A DNA stretch of 64,000 nucleotides from a virus (Duplodnaviria > Caudoviricetes): IMG/VR virus record IMGVR_UViG_3300042453_004186, positions 425 to 64,424 of that record, one strand, 5' to 3'. The position numbers and the translations under genes were made by a program. The notes under the pieces are model-generated. The model did not search any database and was not told where the DNA came from. It worked only from the letters and a program-made list of their open reading frames with translations. Shown in pieces: positions 1-9,092 of this stretch. How positions within the stretch are numbered: the stretch's first letter is position 1; each line of letters opens with the position of its first letter.

Positions 1-2
1 GG

Positions 3-1118
3 AGTAAAAGTATCTATGATACCACCACAACCGGCTCTATAGCACCTGATGGAACTCCTACAGCGACATTAATAAATGAGACAAATGCTTATCTAAACCC
101 AGCAACTGTAGCACAAGCTAATATTATAGCAACCTCTCCTACAATTACATATTCAATATATACAAAAAAAGGAACAGCTACTTCTCGGTCTTTTTTATTA
201 AGAAACAATACAACTTCAACTAATTTTACAGGTCTTAGTTTTCAATATAGTATAAGTAGTTCTACTACAGGATGGACAGTACAAGATGTTGGAAACGATT
301 GGTTTCGTTTATCATACACTCAAACCACAGGAATTACCCCAGGCGACATATTACAAATATATGCTGGAAGAACGGGCGCGGCTGCTTCTGGCTCTACAGC
401 GACGTGGTATGTTTGGGGTGCTCAAGTGGAAGCAACTTCATATGCTACTCCATACATTATAAGTACATCTACAAATGGAAGAAGAAATACATGGTCTGAT
501 TTATCAAGAAATAACAACACAGCAACTTTATTAAGTTCTAGCATTTCAGGAAGTATTCCTACTTTCCCGTCGGCTGGTAATCGTGTTTTACAATTTGATG
601 GAACTAGCAGCTATGCTTTAGTTTCTGGGAGTTCTACCTTACAACCTTCGTCTTCATTTACTTTAGAATGTTTATTTACCCCTAAAAATATAAATAATGG
701 AGCTTGGATAGTAGCCTATACTGGAGACCTACTAGGAGCTACAGTTAAATATGGGTTTAGAATAAATTTTGGAAACATACTTGTTGGATATATTAGCCCA
801 AACTCTTCAGCTGTTGCTCAAATATCTAGCAATAGTTTAACAATTAATACCCCAATAGCAGGTACATTATCGTATGATGGCTCATTTGCAAGAATTTACT
901 GTAATGGACTTTTAATTAATAGTGCCTCTATTTCAGGTAGTATGGATTATAGTGTATATGGAGCTCCATTTTTCTTAACAATGGGAAGAAAAAACACCCC
1001 GGATGGTGCATATACAAGTGAAAATATTAGCTCTGTCCGTTTATACAACAGAGCACTCTCTCAAGCAGAAATCACCCAAAACTACAATGCAACCAAAACC
1101 CGATTCGGATTAACATAA
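3..1118 (+). CDS. Virion fibre/spike protein with C-terminal LamG (concanavalin A-like) domain, 5' truncated
   Basis: Frame of the 426..1118 ORF is open back to position 3 (APDGTPTA...WFRLS...WGAQVEATSYATPYI); ends with LamG-type YNRALSQAEITQNYNA. Confidence 0.75.
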   Translation, partial: SKSIYDTTTTGSIAPDGTPTATLINETNAYLNPATVAQANIIATSPTITYSIYTKKGTATSRSFLLRNNTTSTNFTGLSFQYSISSSTTGWTVQDVGNDWFRLSYTQTTGITPGDILQIYAGRTGAAASGSTATWYVWGAQVEATSYATPYIISTSTNGRRNTWSDLSRNNNTATLLSSSISGSIPTFPSAGNRVLQFDGTSSYALVSGSSTLQPSSSFTLECLFTPKNINNGAWIVAYTGDLLGATVKYGFRINFGNILVGYISPNSSAVAQISSNSLTINTPIAGTLSYDGSFARIYCNGLLINSASISGSMDYSVYGAPFFLTMGRKNTPDGAYTSENISSVRLYNRALSQAEITQNYNATKTRFGLT

Positions 1119-1119
1119 C

Positions 1120-1878
1120 ATGGCAGGAAGTGTAGCACCAAACTTAGTAACAGATGGATTAATCCTCTATCTAGACCCAGCTAGCCCTAAAAGCTATGTT
1201 AGTGGAGCAGCTGTCATTACTGATTTGAGCACAAATGTAAACAGTACTATTACAGGTACATATGTAATTGATACTACAACATATGGAGTACCAGTTTTGT
1301 CTCTAAATAACACAGGATCAGCTAGTGATGGTCAAGTGCAAGTAGTAACACAAGATTTAAACGCGTTAGCTGTAACTCAAAATTTTACAGTAATGTTTGC
1401 TGCTAGAAAAAATTTCTATGGTATTGGGGGAAATAACGCTGGTAACAGTCAATTATTTCAAGGTGTTTCAAATGGGTATAATACTGGTTGGAGAATTAAT
1501 GAAAGTACAACAGGCACACCCGGGGCTCCATTTACTGGGAACCCAATCACAAATAACCAATATTTTGGATTTGGGTATAATGATCTTAACACATCGCTAA
1601 CCGTAGCATCACCTATAGGCTCAGGAAATAGTATGTGTATATGTGCTTTTACTGTATCTCCAACAACAATTCTAGGTTTTGCAAATGGAGGAACAACTTC
1701 TAGATCTAACCCATTAACATACGCCCCAAGTACAAGTGCTCCGAGAATATCATTTACTGGAGCAGGACAAGGATCATGGAATGGATTTATTGGATTTTTT
1801 ATGATATATAATAGAGCACTATCATTGACTGAACTTACCCAGAACTATAATGTAATGAGAAAAAGATATAACATATGA
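1120..1878 (+). CDS. LamG/concanavalin A-like virion protein
   Basis: N-term PNLVTDGLILYLD..KSYVSG and C-term IYNRALSLTELTQNYN shared with neighbours. Confidence 0.7.
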   Translation: MAGSVAPNLVTDGLILYLDPASPKSYVSGAAVITDLSTNVNSTITGTYVIDTTTYGVPVLSLNNTGSASDGQVQVVTQDLNALAVTQNFTVMFAARKNFYGIGGNNAGNSQLFQGVSNGYNTGWRINESTTGTPGAPFTGNPITNNQYFGFGYNDLNTSLTVASPIGSGNSMCICAFTVSPTTILGFANGGTTSRSNPLTYAPSTSAPRISFTGAGQGSWNGFIGFFMIYNRALSLTELTQNYNVMRKRYNI

Positions 1879-2582
1879 GTACTTTATCAGGTGGACCAAA
1901 TGTAGTAGTAGATGGATTAGTATTATGGTTAGATGCTGCTAATACTAAATCTTATGTTAGTGGAAGTACAAGTATTACAAGCTTAAATAGGCCCGCTGCT
2001 TCTAGTATATGGTCGGGATCGGTTCCTACTCCTGGTTTCCAAAATGGGAATATAATCCTAAACACAGGAACATATCTAACATCATTCCCAGGAGTATCAC
2101 AATCTTTATTTCCTCAGTCAAGCGGATCCATATCTATATGGATAAATGCCATTTATGGAATAGAACAAGGAGGTGGAGGAAAAGGATATTTTGATTCATA
2201 CGACTTATCTAGAAATCATATTTTTATACGTAGTGCAAATGGTATTAATCAAATATCATTACAAATATCTGGGGCAGCACAATATAATTCTTCTTATAGC
2301 CACACTACTGCTCAAGGTAATACATGGTACAACTATGCTATAACCTATATAACAGGTACAAGTAGAAATTTTAAAGTATACATAAACGGAACATTAGTAA
2401 ATAACACTACCCCAGCTTCTGCTTCCTGGGTTCCGGATGGTCAAAACACTGGGTATGGAAATCAAGTAGGAAGTACTATGAGTGGGTCTTATGGGCCATT
2501 GTTAATATATAACAAAGTGCTTTCCCAAGCAGAAATCCTCCAAAACTACAACGCACTCAAATCACGTTTCAACCTTACATAA
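1875..2582 (+). CDS. LamG/concanavalin A-like virion protein
   Basis: VVDGLVLWLDAANTKSYVSG; W.N..ITY...KVYING; IYNKVLSQAEILQNYNA. Confidence 0.7.
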   Translation: MSTLSGGPNVVVDGLVLWLDAANTKSYVSGSTSITSLNRPAASSIWSGSVPTPGFQNGNIILNTGTYLTSFPGVSQSLFPQSSGSISIWINAIYGIEQGGGGKGYFDSYDLSRNHIFIRSANGINQISLQISGAAQYNSSYSHTTAQGNTWYNYAITYITGTSRNFKVYINGTLVNNTTPASASWVPDGQNTGYGNQVGSTMSGSYGPLLIYNKVLSQAEILQNYNALKSRFNLT

Positions 2583-2591
2583 TATTTATAA
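2582..2591 (+). promoter_or_regulatory. ATATTTATAA motif, candidate late promoter
   Basis: Intergenic; same motif at 2969, 20251, 57715 and variants elsewhere. Confidence 0.4.
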
Positions 2592-2607
2592 TAAAATAAA
2601 AAACAAA

Positions 2608-2967
2608 ATGGCAGTACAAGTAACCGGATTTTTCCAAAACCCACAAACAGGATTGATTTACGAATCTCCTCTATTAACATTAGTACCACACCTTCAATAT
2701 GCAGGCCAAATTGCAATGGATGTATTCATTGCTAGCAATGGTGCAGTAGGATATCAAAGTATTGATAAATCTACTTTAACATATGATCCTACAATTACAG
2801 ATGCATACACTCAATTGATTGATGCTTTGGATACTTATGTAATTGATAATCTTAAAGATGCTAATGCTATCAATAGTGCATCAACATTTACAAAATATTC
2901 TCCTCCAGCTCCTGAGCCAACTCCAGAACCAACACCTGAGCCAACTCCTGAGGAACCAGTTATTTAA
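2608..2967 (+). CDS. Hypothetical protein with PEPT-repeat tail (possible fibre-associated protein)
   Basis: ORF with A-rich leader; context among fibre genes. Confidence 0.6.
   Translation: MAVQVTGFFQNPQTGLIYESPLLTLVPHLQYAGQIAMDVFIASNGAVGYQSIDKSTLTYDPTITDAYTQLIDALDTYVIDNLKDANAINSASTFTKYSPPAPEPTPEPTPEPTPEEPVI
2911..2958 (+). repeat. 12-nt coding tandem repeat (PEPT x3 plus PEEP)
   Basis: cctgagccaact/ccagaaccaaca/cctgagccaact/cctgaggaacca. Confidence 0.85.
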
Positions 2968-2968
2968 C

Positions 2969-2978
2969 ATATTTATAA
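2969..2978 (+). promoter_or_regulatory. ATATTTATAA motif, candidate late promoter
   Basis: Intergenic, upstream of fibre gene at 3007. Confidence 0.4.
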
Positions 2979-3006
2979 TTAACCTGGAAAGTGAAGGGTA
3001 AAAATT

Positions 3007-4767
3007 ATGCCAAACGAATTTAAAGTCAAGAATGGTCTTATTATAGACCAAGGTGGAGCTACTATTACTGGTTCTGTAATTGCTACTGGTGGTTTTACTG
3101 GTAGTCTACAAGGAACATCTAGTTGGGCAACCAATGCTTTAACAGCTTCATTTATTAATACTGCAAGTACAAACGCATTTGTACAAGGTGGAAATAGTTT
3201 TGGTACTACTGCTTTATTAGGTACTAATGATAATCAATCATTAGCATTTAGAACAAATGGTTCTACTAAAATGCTTATTTCGGGTAGTGGAGTTGGTATA
3301 GGTAATATTCCTCAATCTGGTTTTTCACTCGATGCAAATAGTAGTATAGTAACTCGAGCTTCATTCTATGTAAATAGTGATATTTACTTTTTTGGCCCCT
3401 CAAACTCTAGTATTAGAATCAGCGGGTTAAGATTTACAGACCTCACCACCTCTACAACTCAGGTTAATATATCAACAACAGGTAATTTAGGTATTGGTAT
3501 TGGAACTACTACAGCATCTTCCCGTCTTCAAGTACGTGGCTCAGGTACAACATCCGCTACAACAGCACTACGAGTTGAAAACACAAACACAAGTGCAAGT
3601 TTGGTAGTATTAGATGATGGTTATGTTGGTATCGGAACAGGATCAGCAGCTTACAATTTAGATGTAAATGGAAGCACTATGCTTCGTGGTATTACATATG
3701 GTGTTGGTTCGGGTGGAGCAGCAGTTCAATTACTTTCAACTGTAAGTACAAATATTGGTGTTGTGGGTGGTAATGCTTCCAATCCTTTAAGATTACTTGG
3801 TCAATACTTGCAGTTTTATGTAGGTAATACACAAATGGGATTGTTTCAACCAACAACAGGTAATTTTATACTCCAAAACGGTGGTATATTCGCAGACGCA
3901 GGGTATAGATTAGATGTAAGTGGTAGTGCAAGAATTACAAATAATCTAAATGTAACAGGATCATTAATAGTATCAGGAAGCTCAATAATAACAGGATCAT
4001 TACAAGTAGGAATTCCTGGCACTAGTGCCGCAACTATTGATACCGCAGTTGGTACATTAGGTAAAGGTAGTGGAATTTCTGTAGATTGGGTAAATAGAAC
4101 ATTATATGATTCAACTGCTGGAGTCAGTACTGATTGGGAAAATAGAATATTATATGACCAAGCTGGTGCGGATAGCGTTGAGTGGAACGGTAGAGTATTA
4201 TATGATAGTGGTATTAACGCATCAATTGATTGGGAAAATAGATTACTATCTACGCCAGGTGGGTATAATGCTTTAGTATATAGTAATGATATAACTGCTA
4301 ATAGTGAATTATATATTAAACAAGTTATAGGTACTGGAATACAAGAAGATGCTGTAAGTAGCACAACTTATTCCGGCCAAATAATTATAGGAACATTAGA
4401 TCCTGGGGTATCAACTCACCAATTAGTGTATTTAGATACTGATGGTGATTGGAAACCAACTAAAGCAGGAATTGCATATGGAGCAAATAAAATGTTAGGA
4501 ATATGTGTTGATAGCGGTAAAAGCCAAATCCTAATTGAAGGGGACGCACCTGTAAGTGATGATAATACCCAAGGTGCTTATGTAATAGGAGCAGACCATG
4601 GTCTACCAGTATATGTTTCCGCTACAACAGGCGAAATGACTGTGACAGCACCGTCAGGTACAGGCGAGTTAGTGAGAATAGTAGGTCATATTTATTATCA
4701 AAGTACAACGGATACTAATTGGTGGACAATGAAGTTTAGACCAAGTAATGATTGGTACGAAATATAA
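3007..4767 (+). CDS. Tail fibre / virion structural protein
   Basis: G/S/T-rich, repeated VGIG.. and ITGSL motifs typical of trimeric fibres. Confidence 0.7.
   Translation: MPNEFKVKNGLIIDQGGATITGSVIATGGFTGSLQGTSSWATNALTASFINTASTNAFVQGGNSFGTTALLGTNDNQSLAFRTNGSTKMLISGSGVGIGNIPQSGFSLDANSSIVTRASFYVNSDIYFFGPSNSSIRISGLRFTDLTTSTTQVNISTTGNLGIGIGTTTASSRLQVRGSGTTSATTALRVENTNTSASLVVLDDGYVGIGTGSAAYNLDVNGSTMLRGITYGVGSGGAAVQLLSTVSTNIGVVGGNASNPLRLLGQYLQFYVGNTQMGLFQPTTGNFILQNGGIFADAGYRLDVSGSARITNNLNVTGSLIVSGSSIITGSLQVGIPGTSAATIDTAVGTLGKGSGISVDWVNRTLYDSTAGVSTDWENRILYDQAGADSVEWNGRVLYDSGINASIDWENRLLSTPGGYNALVYSNDITANSELYIKQVIGTGIQEDAVSSTTYSGQIIIGTLDPGVSTHQLVYLDTDGDWKPTKAGIAYGANKMLGICVDSGKSQILIEGDAPVSDDNTQGAYVIGADHGLPVYVSATTGEMTVTAPSGTGELVRIVGHIYYQSTTDTNWWTMKFRPSNDWYEI
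4078..4248 (+). repeat. 16-aa internal repeat x4 (S.DW.NR.LYD)
   Basis: SVDWVNRTLYDSTAGV/STDWENRILYDQAGAD/SVEWNGRVLYDSGINA/SIDWENRLL. Confidence 0.85.
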
Positions 4768-4776
4768 AAATAATTT

Positions 4777-5262
4777 ATGGCTAATATAACTCAAATAAAT
4801 GGAAATACAATAGCAGCTACTACAGTTATAGGCTCATACTTTGCTCAAGGTAAACTAAGTGCTAACCAACTAATAGCTACAGGATCAGACGTTGTTATAC
4901 AATTTGCAGATGATATTGACCCACAAAGTTGGTGGAATACTTCAACATATAGATTTACTCCAACTATAGCTGGCTATTACAATGTTTCATTTGGTGTATG
5001 GTTTGAAAATATGGCTGTTACCTCATCAGCACAAGTTAATGCTCAAGCAAGAAAAAATGGAAATTCATTTATGATTATCCAACAACCATGTAATGTTGGT
5101 ACTGGTATAAGTTTAACTGGTACTAAAATTGCTTTTCTTAATGGCAGTACTGATTACCTTGATTTTACAGCATTTAATGGAGCATCTGTTTCTAAAAACA
5201 TTCAACAAGGAACAGCAGCTGGATCTGGTACCTGGTTCGCAGCATCTTTATTAACACAATAA
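4777..5262 (+). CDS. C1q/TNF-like domain virion protein
   Basis: FTPTIAGYYNVSF...KNG...LNGSTDYL pattern of C1q-like heads. Confidence 0.6.
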   Translation: MANITQINGNTIAATTVIGSYFAQGKLSANQLIATGSDVVIQFADDIDPQSWWNTSTYRFTPTIAGYYNVSFGVWFENMAVTSSAQVNAQARKNGNSFMIIQQPCNVGTGISLTGTKIAFLNGSTDYLDFTAFNGASVSKNIQQGTAAGSGTWFAASLLTQ

Positions 5263-5294
5263 TTTGGCCTATAAAATCTTTATTACTATATTAC
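5263..5294 (+). promoter_or_regulatory. Bacteroidota-type promoter (-33/-7)
   Basis: TTTG-N20-TATATTAC upstream of polA-like gene. Confidence 0.6.
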
Positions 5295-5309
5295 TAGAAA
5301 ATAAAGGTT

Positions 5310-6587
5310 ATGTATTGGTTAGTAGAAACTAAAGATCAATTAAGAGAATTTTTTAATCAAGACTATAAAGAAGTCTTTGTTGAGATTATTCCTTACCATA
5401 ATCAAATTCATCCTGCCTTAAATGATGTATGTTTAGTCTATATTAGACCAACTTATGATTCTAAAGGATATATGTTTTGTATTGACCATAGTGAAACAAT
5501 GTCACTTGGAAAAACATATATTGAAAAATTATTAAAACATATAGACACAGTCTATGTTAGGGATAAAAAATCATTCTTATATTATTTCCAACTAAACAAA
5601 GTAACAGATATTTCTTCTATTAAGTATGTAGAAACTCCATCTGAACCTGTATTTGATATCTTTTATAGAAAACATCCTAATAAAACGGATATTAACAAAA
5701 TAATTCCAATAGTTAAGCATTATGAGGTTTGTGAGAATATTTATACTCAACTCGAAGATGTTTTAAAGGCACCTAAACCAGAATATGTTAAATTTTATAA
5801 TAAAGGTGCTTTAGCATTTTTTGGGATTGAAAAGAACGGAATTAAAATTAATGAAGACAAGTTTTATAAATACTATGAACCAAATAATAGCTTATACTCA
5901 GTACGCGATAGTAGGGTGTTTACTCAATATAACCTCAATACTACAACAAGACGCCCATCTAATGCCTTTAATAGCATTAACTTCGCTGCTCTAAAGAAAG
6001 ATAACCACTCAAGATCGAGCTTTATACCACAAAACAATGAATTTCTTGAAATTGATATTTCAGCGTACCATCCAACTTTGGCTGGACAATTGGTTGCTCA
6101 TGAATTTGACAACCCTGATATTCATGCTGATTTTGCTAGCATGTATGGCGTAGACTACGCTAAAGCAAAAGAATTAACATTCAAACAGTTATATGGAGGA
6201 GTATTTAAACAATACCAACACCTCGAATTCTTCCAGAAAATACAAAAATACACAAATACAGCTTGGAACCAATTTACCACTACTGGTATCTTTACAGCAC
6301 CAGTTTCAGGTTACATATTTAAAAACGATTCATTAGAAAACATGAATCCGCAAAAGTTATTTAATTATATCTTACAAAACTTAGAAACATCAATAAACAT
6401 AGGTATACTACTTAAAATTCATAAGATATTAGCAGGTAAAAATACTAAAATAGTTCTATACACATATGACTCATTTCTACTTGATTGGGATGAAGATGAA
6501 GAACAAGAATTAGAAGCAATAAAAAACATATTTAAAGAACTAAATTTAGCAATCAAAATTAATAGAGGACGCAGTTATGACTTTTAA
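5310..6587 (+). CDS. Divergent, compact family A DNA polymerase
   Basis: TTTRRPSN; motif A EIDISAYHP; motif B AKELTFKQLYG; NYILQ; motif C YTYDS. Confidence 0.75.
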   Translation: MYWLVETKDQLREFFNQDYKEVFVEIIPYHNQIHPALNDVCLVYIRPTYDSKGYMFCIDHSETMSLGKTYIEKLLKHIDTVYVRDKKSFLYYFQLNKVTDISSIKYVETPSEPVFDIFYRKHPNKTDINKIIPIVKHYEVCENIYTQLEDVLKAPKPEYVKFYNKGALAFFGIEKNGIKINEDKFYKYYEPNNSLYSVRDSRVFTQYNLNTTTRRPSNAFNSINFAALKKDNHSRSSFIPQNNEFLEIDISAYHPTLAGQLVAHEFDNPDIHADFASMYGVDYAKAKELTFKQLYGGVFKQYQHLEFFQKIQKYTNTAWNQFTTTGIFTAPVSGYIFKNDSLENMNPQKLFNYILQNLETSINIGILLKIHKILAGKNTKIVLYTYDSFLLDWDEDEEQELEAIKNIFKELNLAIKINRGRSYDF

Positions 6588-6633
6588 GGCGAGATATGAT
6601 ATGTATAATCCGAATATTGAAAATATTAAGGAT

Positions 6634-7020
6634 TTGAACAACAAGTTATTTTGCACATTCACAAGTGGTGAGGAACTAGATGAGTTAGTAAGTGAACTGT
6701 CTACTGTTTACACTATTATGTACAATAAAATGTTTGTGTTATTTGTAAAAAGCACAAACGAATACGTTGTCACTTACAATGTTGACCAAAATAACGTAAA
6801 TGAAATTCCCGAGAACACAATTTTAGTTCATCGTAAAAAAGAAACCAATACTCTTTATACTATAAATGCTCTAAACGAATTAATTAAAAAATTAAACAGT
6901 GGAGTAGTTGATATGTCTTATAGAGTAAGTTGGCCACACTATAGAAACAGTATATTATTAACTCAACATAACGAGTTAAAACAATTGAATACAAAGGTAT
7001 TCAAGATCATTGAATTATAA
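6634..7020 (+). CDS. Hypothetical protein (start uncertain: 6577, 6601 or TTG 6634)
   Basis: ORF track; ATATGTATAA at 6599 suggests a downstream start. Confidence 0.6.
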   Translation: MNNKLFCTFTSGEELDELVSELSTVYTIMYNKMFVLFVKSTNEYVVTYNVDQNNVNEIPENTILVHRKKETNTLYTINALNELIKKLNSGVVDMSYRVSWPHYRNSILLTQHNELKQLNTKVFKIIEL

Positions 7021-7081
7021 GGTACGTAACGTTAAAGAAACACTACGAGAAAAAGGCATTTTAAAAGCTTGTATTAGCTAA

Positions 7082-7113
7082 CTTGGCCTATTAAGAAAAA
7101 TGTAGTATATTAT
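7082..7113 (+). promoter_or_regulatory. Bacteroidota-type promoter
   Basis: CTTG-N20-TATATTAT upstream of SSB. Confidence 0.6.
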
Positions 7114-7140
7114 ATAGTAACAATTTAAAACCAAATAAAA

Positions 7141-7995
7141 ATGGACATCAATGCGATTAAACAGAGATTAAATTCTCTACAAGCAACCGGAGCCAAAAAG
7201 GAAAAGGTTGATTATTCCAAGTACTATTGGAAACCAAAACAAGAAGGTAAATACCAAATCCGAATTGTACCTTCAGTACTAAACAAAGAAAATCCGTTTC
7301 AAGAAGTGTTTGTACACTATGGATTATCTAAATTCCCAACTTATGCCCTAACAAACTGGGGTGAAAAAGATCCAATTGTAGAATTTGCTAAACAACTTCG
7401 TCAAACAAATGACAAAGAAAACTGGAAACTAGCTAAAAAGTTAGATCCTAAAATGCGAGTATTTGCTCCTGTTATTGTTCGTGGTGAAGAAGACAAAGGA
7501 GTTCGTTTGTGGGAATTTGGAAAGGAGATCTATATGCAATTACTAGGTATTGCTGAGGATGAAGATTATGGAGATTTTACTGATATTAACGAAGGCCGTG
7601 ACTTTACAGTTGATGCTTCTATCGGTGATATTGGAGGTCGTCAAGGTATTAAATGTTCAATTCGTGTTAAACCAAAAACATCACCTTTAGGAACAGACAA
7701 GGCTGAAATTAAATCATGGTTAACTGAACAACCAAGTGTCTTAGAATTACAAAAGAAAAACAGCTACGAAGATCTTAAAGATGTACTAAAGCGTTTCTTA
7801 AACCCAGATGAAGAAGAAGAGGAAGTTGAAGAAACAGAAACAGTTGAAGATACAAAGGATGAAGATCCAATCTTAGTTAAGGCAGAACAGCCAAAATCAA
7901 ATTATACACTTCAAACCAAACCAAAAGCAACTAAAGCAGATAAATTTGATGCTTTATTTGGTGATGATGAGGACAGTGAAGAAGCACCATTTTAA
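7141..7995 (+). CDS. Single-stranded DNA-binding protein (gp32-like)
   Basis: WKP..G...IRIVP, D...GRDF, acidic tail ending EEAPF; context. Confidence 0.8.
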   Translation: MDINAIKQRLNSLQATGAKKEKVDYSKYYWKPKQEGKYQIRIVPSVLNKENPFQEVFVHYGLSKFPTYALTNWGEKDPIVEFAKQLRQTNDKENWKLAKKLDPKMRVFAPVIVRGEEDKGVRLWEFGKEIYMQLLGIAEDEDYGDFTDINEGRDFTVDASIGDIGGRQGIKCSIRVKPKTSPLGTDKAEIKSWLTEQPSVLELQKKNSYEDLKDVLKRFLNPDEEEEEVEETETVEDTKDEDPILVKAEQPKSNYTLQTKPKATKADKFDALFGDDEDSEEAPF

Positions 7996-8004
7996 TAAAC
8001 AGTT

Positions 8005-9090
8005 ATGGCTAAAAAGAAAGAATCACTTACTACAGCAGTATCTGCTGAGATGAAAGCAAACTTTAACTTAGAGAAATTTAAGGAAAAGAAATTACTCAAC
8101 AATACTGTTAAATTTAAAGAACAAAAGTGGATTCCATTCTCTGAAGCATTACAAGACTCAACATCACTCCCAGGTGCAGCAATAGGACATATTAATCTAT
8201 TGCGAGGACACAGTAACACAGGTAAGACAACAGCCTTACTTGAACTAGCAATTAATGCCCAAAAAATGGGCATTTTGCCTGTGTTTATCATTACAGAGAT
8301 GAAATGGTCTTGGGAACATGCTAAACAAATGGGTTTCCAAGTTGAAGATATAGTTGATACTGAAACAGGTGAAATTGTAGATTATAAAGGATTCTTCCTA
8401 TACAATGATAGAAGCACGCTACAAACAATTGAAGATGTAGCTGAATTTATTGCTGATTTGTTAGATGAACAAAAGAAAGGGAATTTACCTTATGATTTAT
8501 GTTTCTTCTGGGATTCAATCGGTTCTATACCTTGTAAAATGAGTGTTGAAGCAAATAAAAATAACCCGATGTGGAATGCAGGAGCAATGTCACAACAGTT
8601 TGGTAATTTTATTAATCAACGTTTCCCATTATCAAGAAAAGAATCATCACCATATACAAATTCAATGGTTGCAATTAATAAAATATGGATAGCACCTGCT
8701 GAAAATATTTTCTCTCAACCTAAAATGAAGATGAAAAATGGTGAGACTATGTTTTTAGATGCTTCTATTGTACTAACATTTGGTAATATTACTAATAGTG
8801 GCACAAGTAAGTTAAAAGCAACTAAAGATGGTAAAGAAGTTGAATTTGCAGTTCGTACTAAAGTATCTGTAGATAAAAACCACGTTACAGGATTACAAAC
8901 TAAAAATACAGTTGTAGCTACAATCCATGGTTTTATTCAAGACGATAACAAAGACATAACTGAATATAAAAAACAACATGCTCACGAATGGGTACATATT
9001 TTAGGTAGCATCGAAGGTATTGGTCTTACTGAGGATAAGTCAGAATGGGAAGAAAGTAAAGAAGCAATTACCTTAATTGATGAAGAATAA
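8005..9090 (+). CDS. RecA/UvsX-like recombinase
   Basis: Walker A GHSNTGKTT, Walker B FFWDS, KNH near C-terminus. Confidence 0.85.
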   Translation: MAKKKESLTTAVSAEMKANFNLEKFKEKKLLNNTVKFKEQKWIPFSEALQDSTSLPGAAIGHINLLRGHSNTGKTTALLELAINAQKMGILPVFIITEMKWSWEHAKQMGFQVEDIVDTETGEIVDYKGFFLYNDRSTLQTIEDVAEFIADLLDEQKKGNLPYDLCFFWDSIGSIPCKMSVEANKNNPMWNAGAMSQQFGNFINQRFPLSRKESSPYTNSMVAINKIWIAPAENIFSQPKMKMKNGETMFLDASIVLTFGNITNSGTSKLKATKDGKEVEFAVRTKVSVDKNHVTGLQTKNTVVATIHGFIQDDNKDITEYKKQHAHEWVHILGSIEGIGLTEDKSEWEESKEAITLIDEE

Positions 9091-9092
9091 AA

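Noticed and set aside
272-2194. Short alternative-frame plus-strand ORFs (272..499, 1397..1600, 2009..2194)
   Set aside because: Nested within longer LamG genes; no independent support.
1040-2582. Possible diversity-generating retroelement repeats at LamG gene ends
   Set aside because: Differences are not confined to adenines, all copies are coding, and no reverse transcriptase is in the window.
2582-2591. TATTTATA as a minus-strand T4 late promoter (TATAAATA)
   Set aside because: It would point away from all downstream genes; there are no credible minus-strand genes to transcribe.
7021-7140. ncRNA or tRNA in the longer intergenic gaps
   Set aside because: No cloverleaf or strong structure seen by eye; the gap holds a promoter. 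A covariance-model search was not possible.
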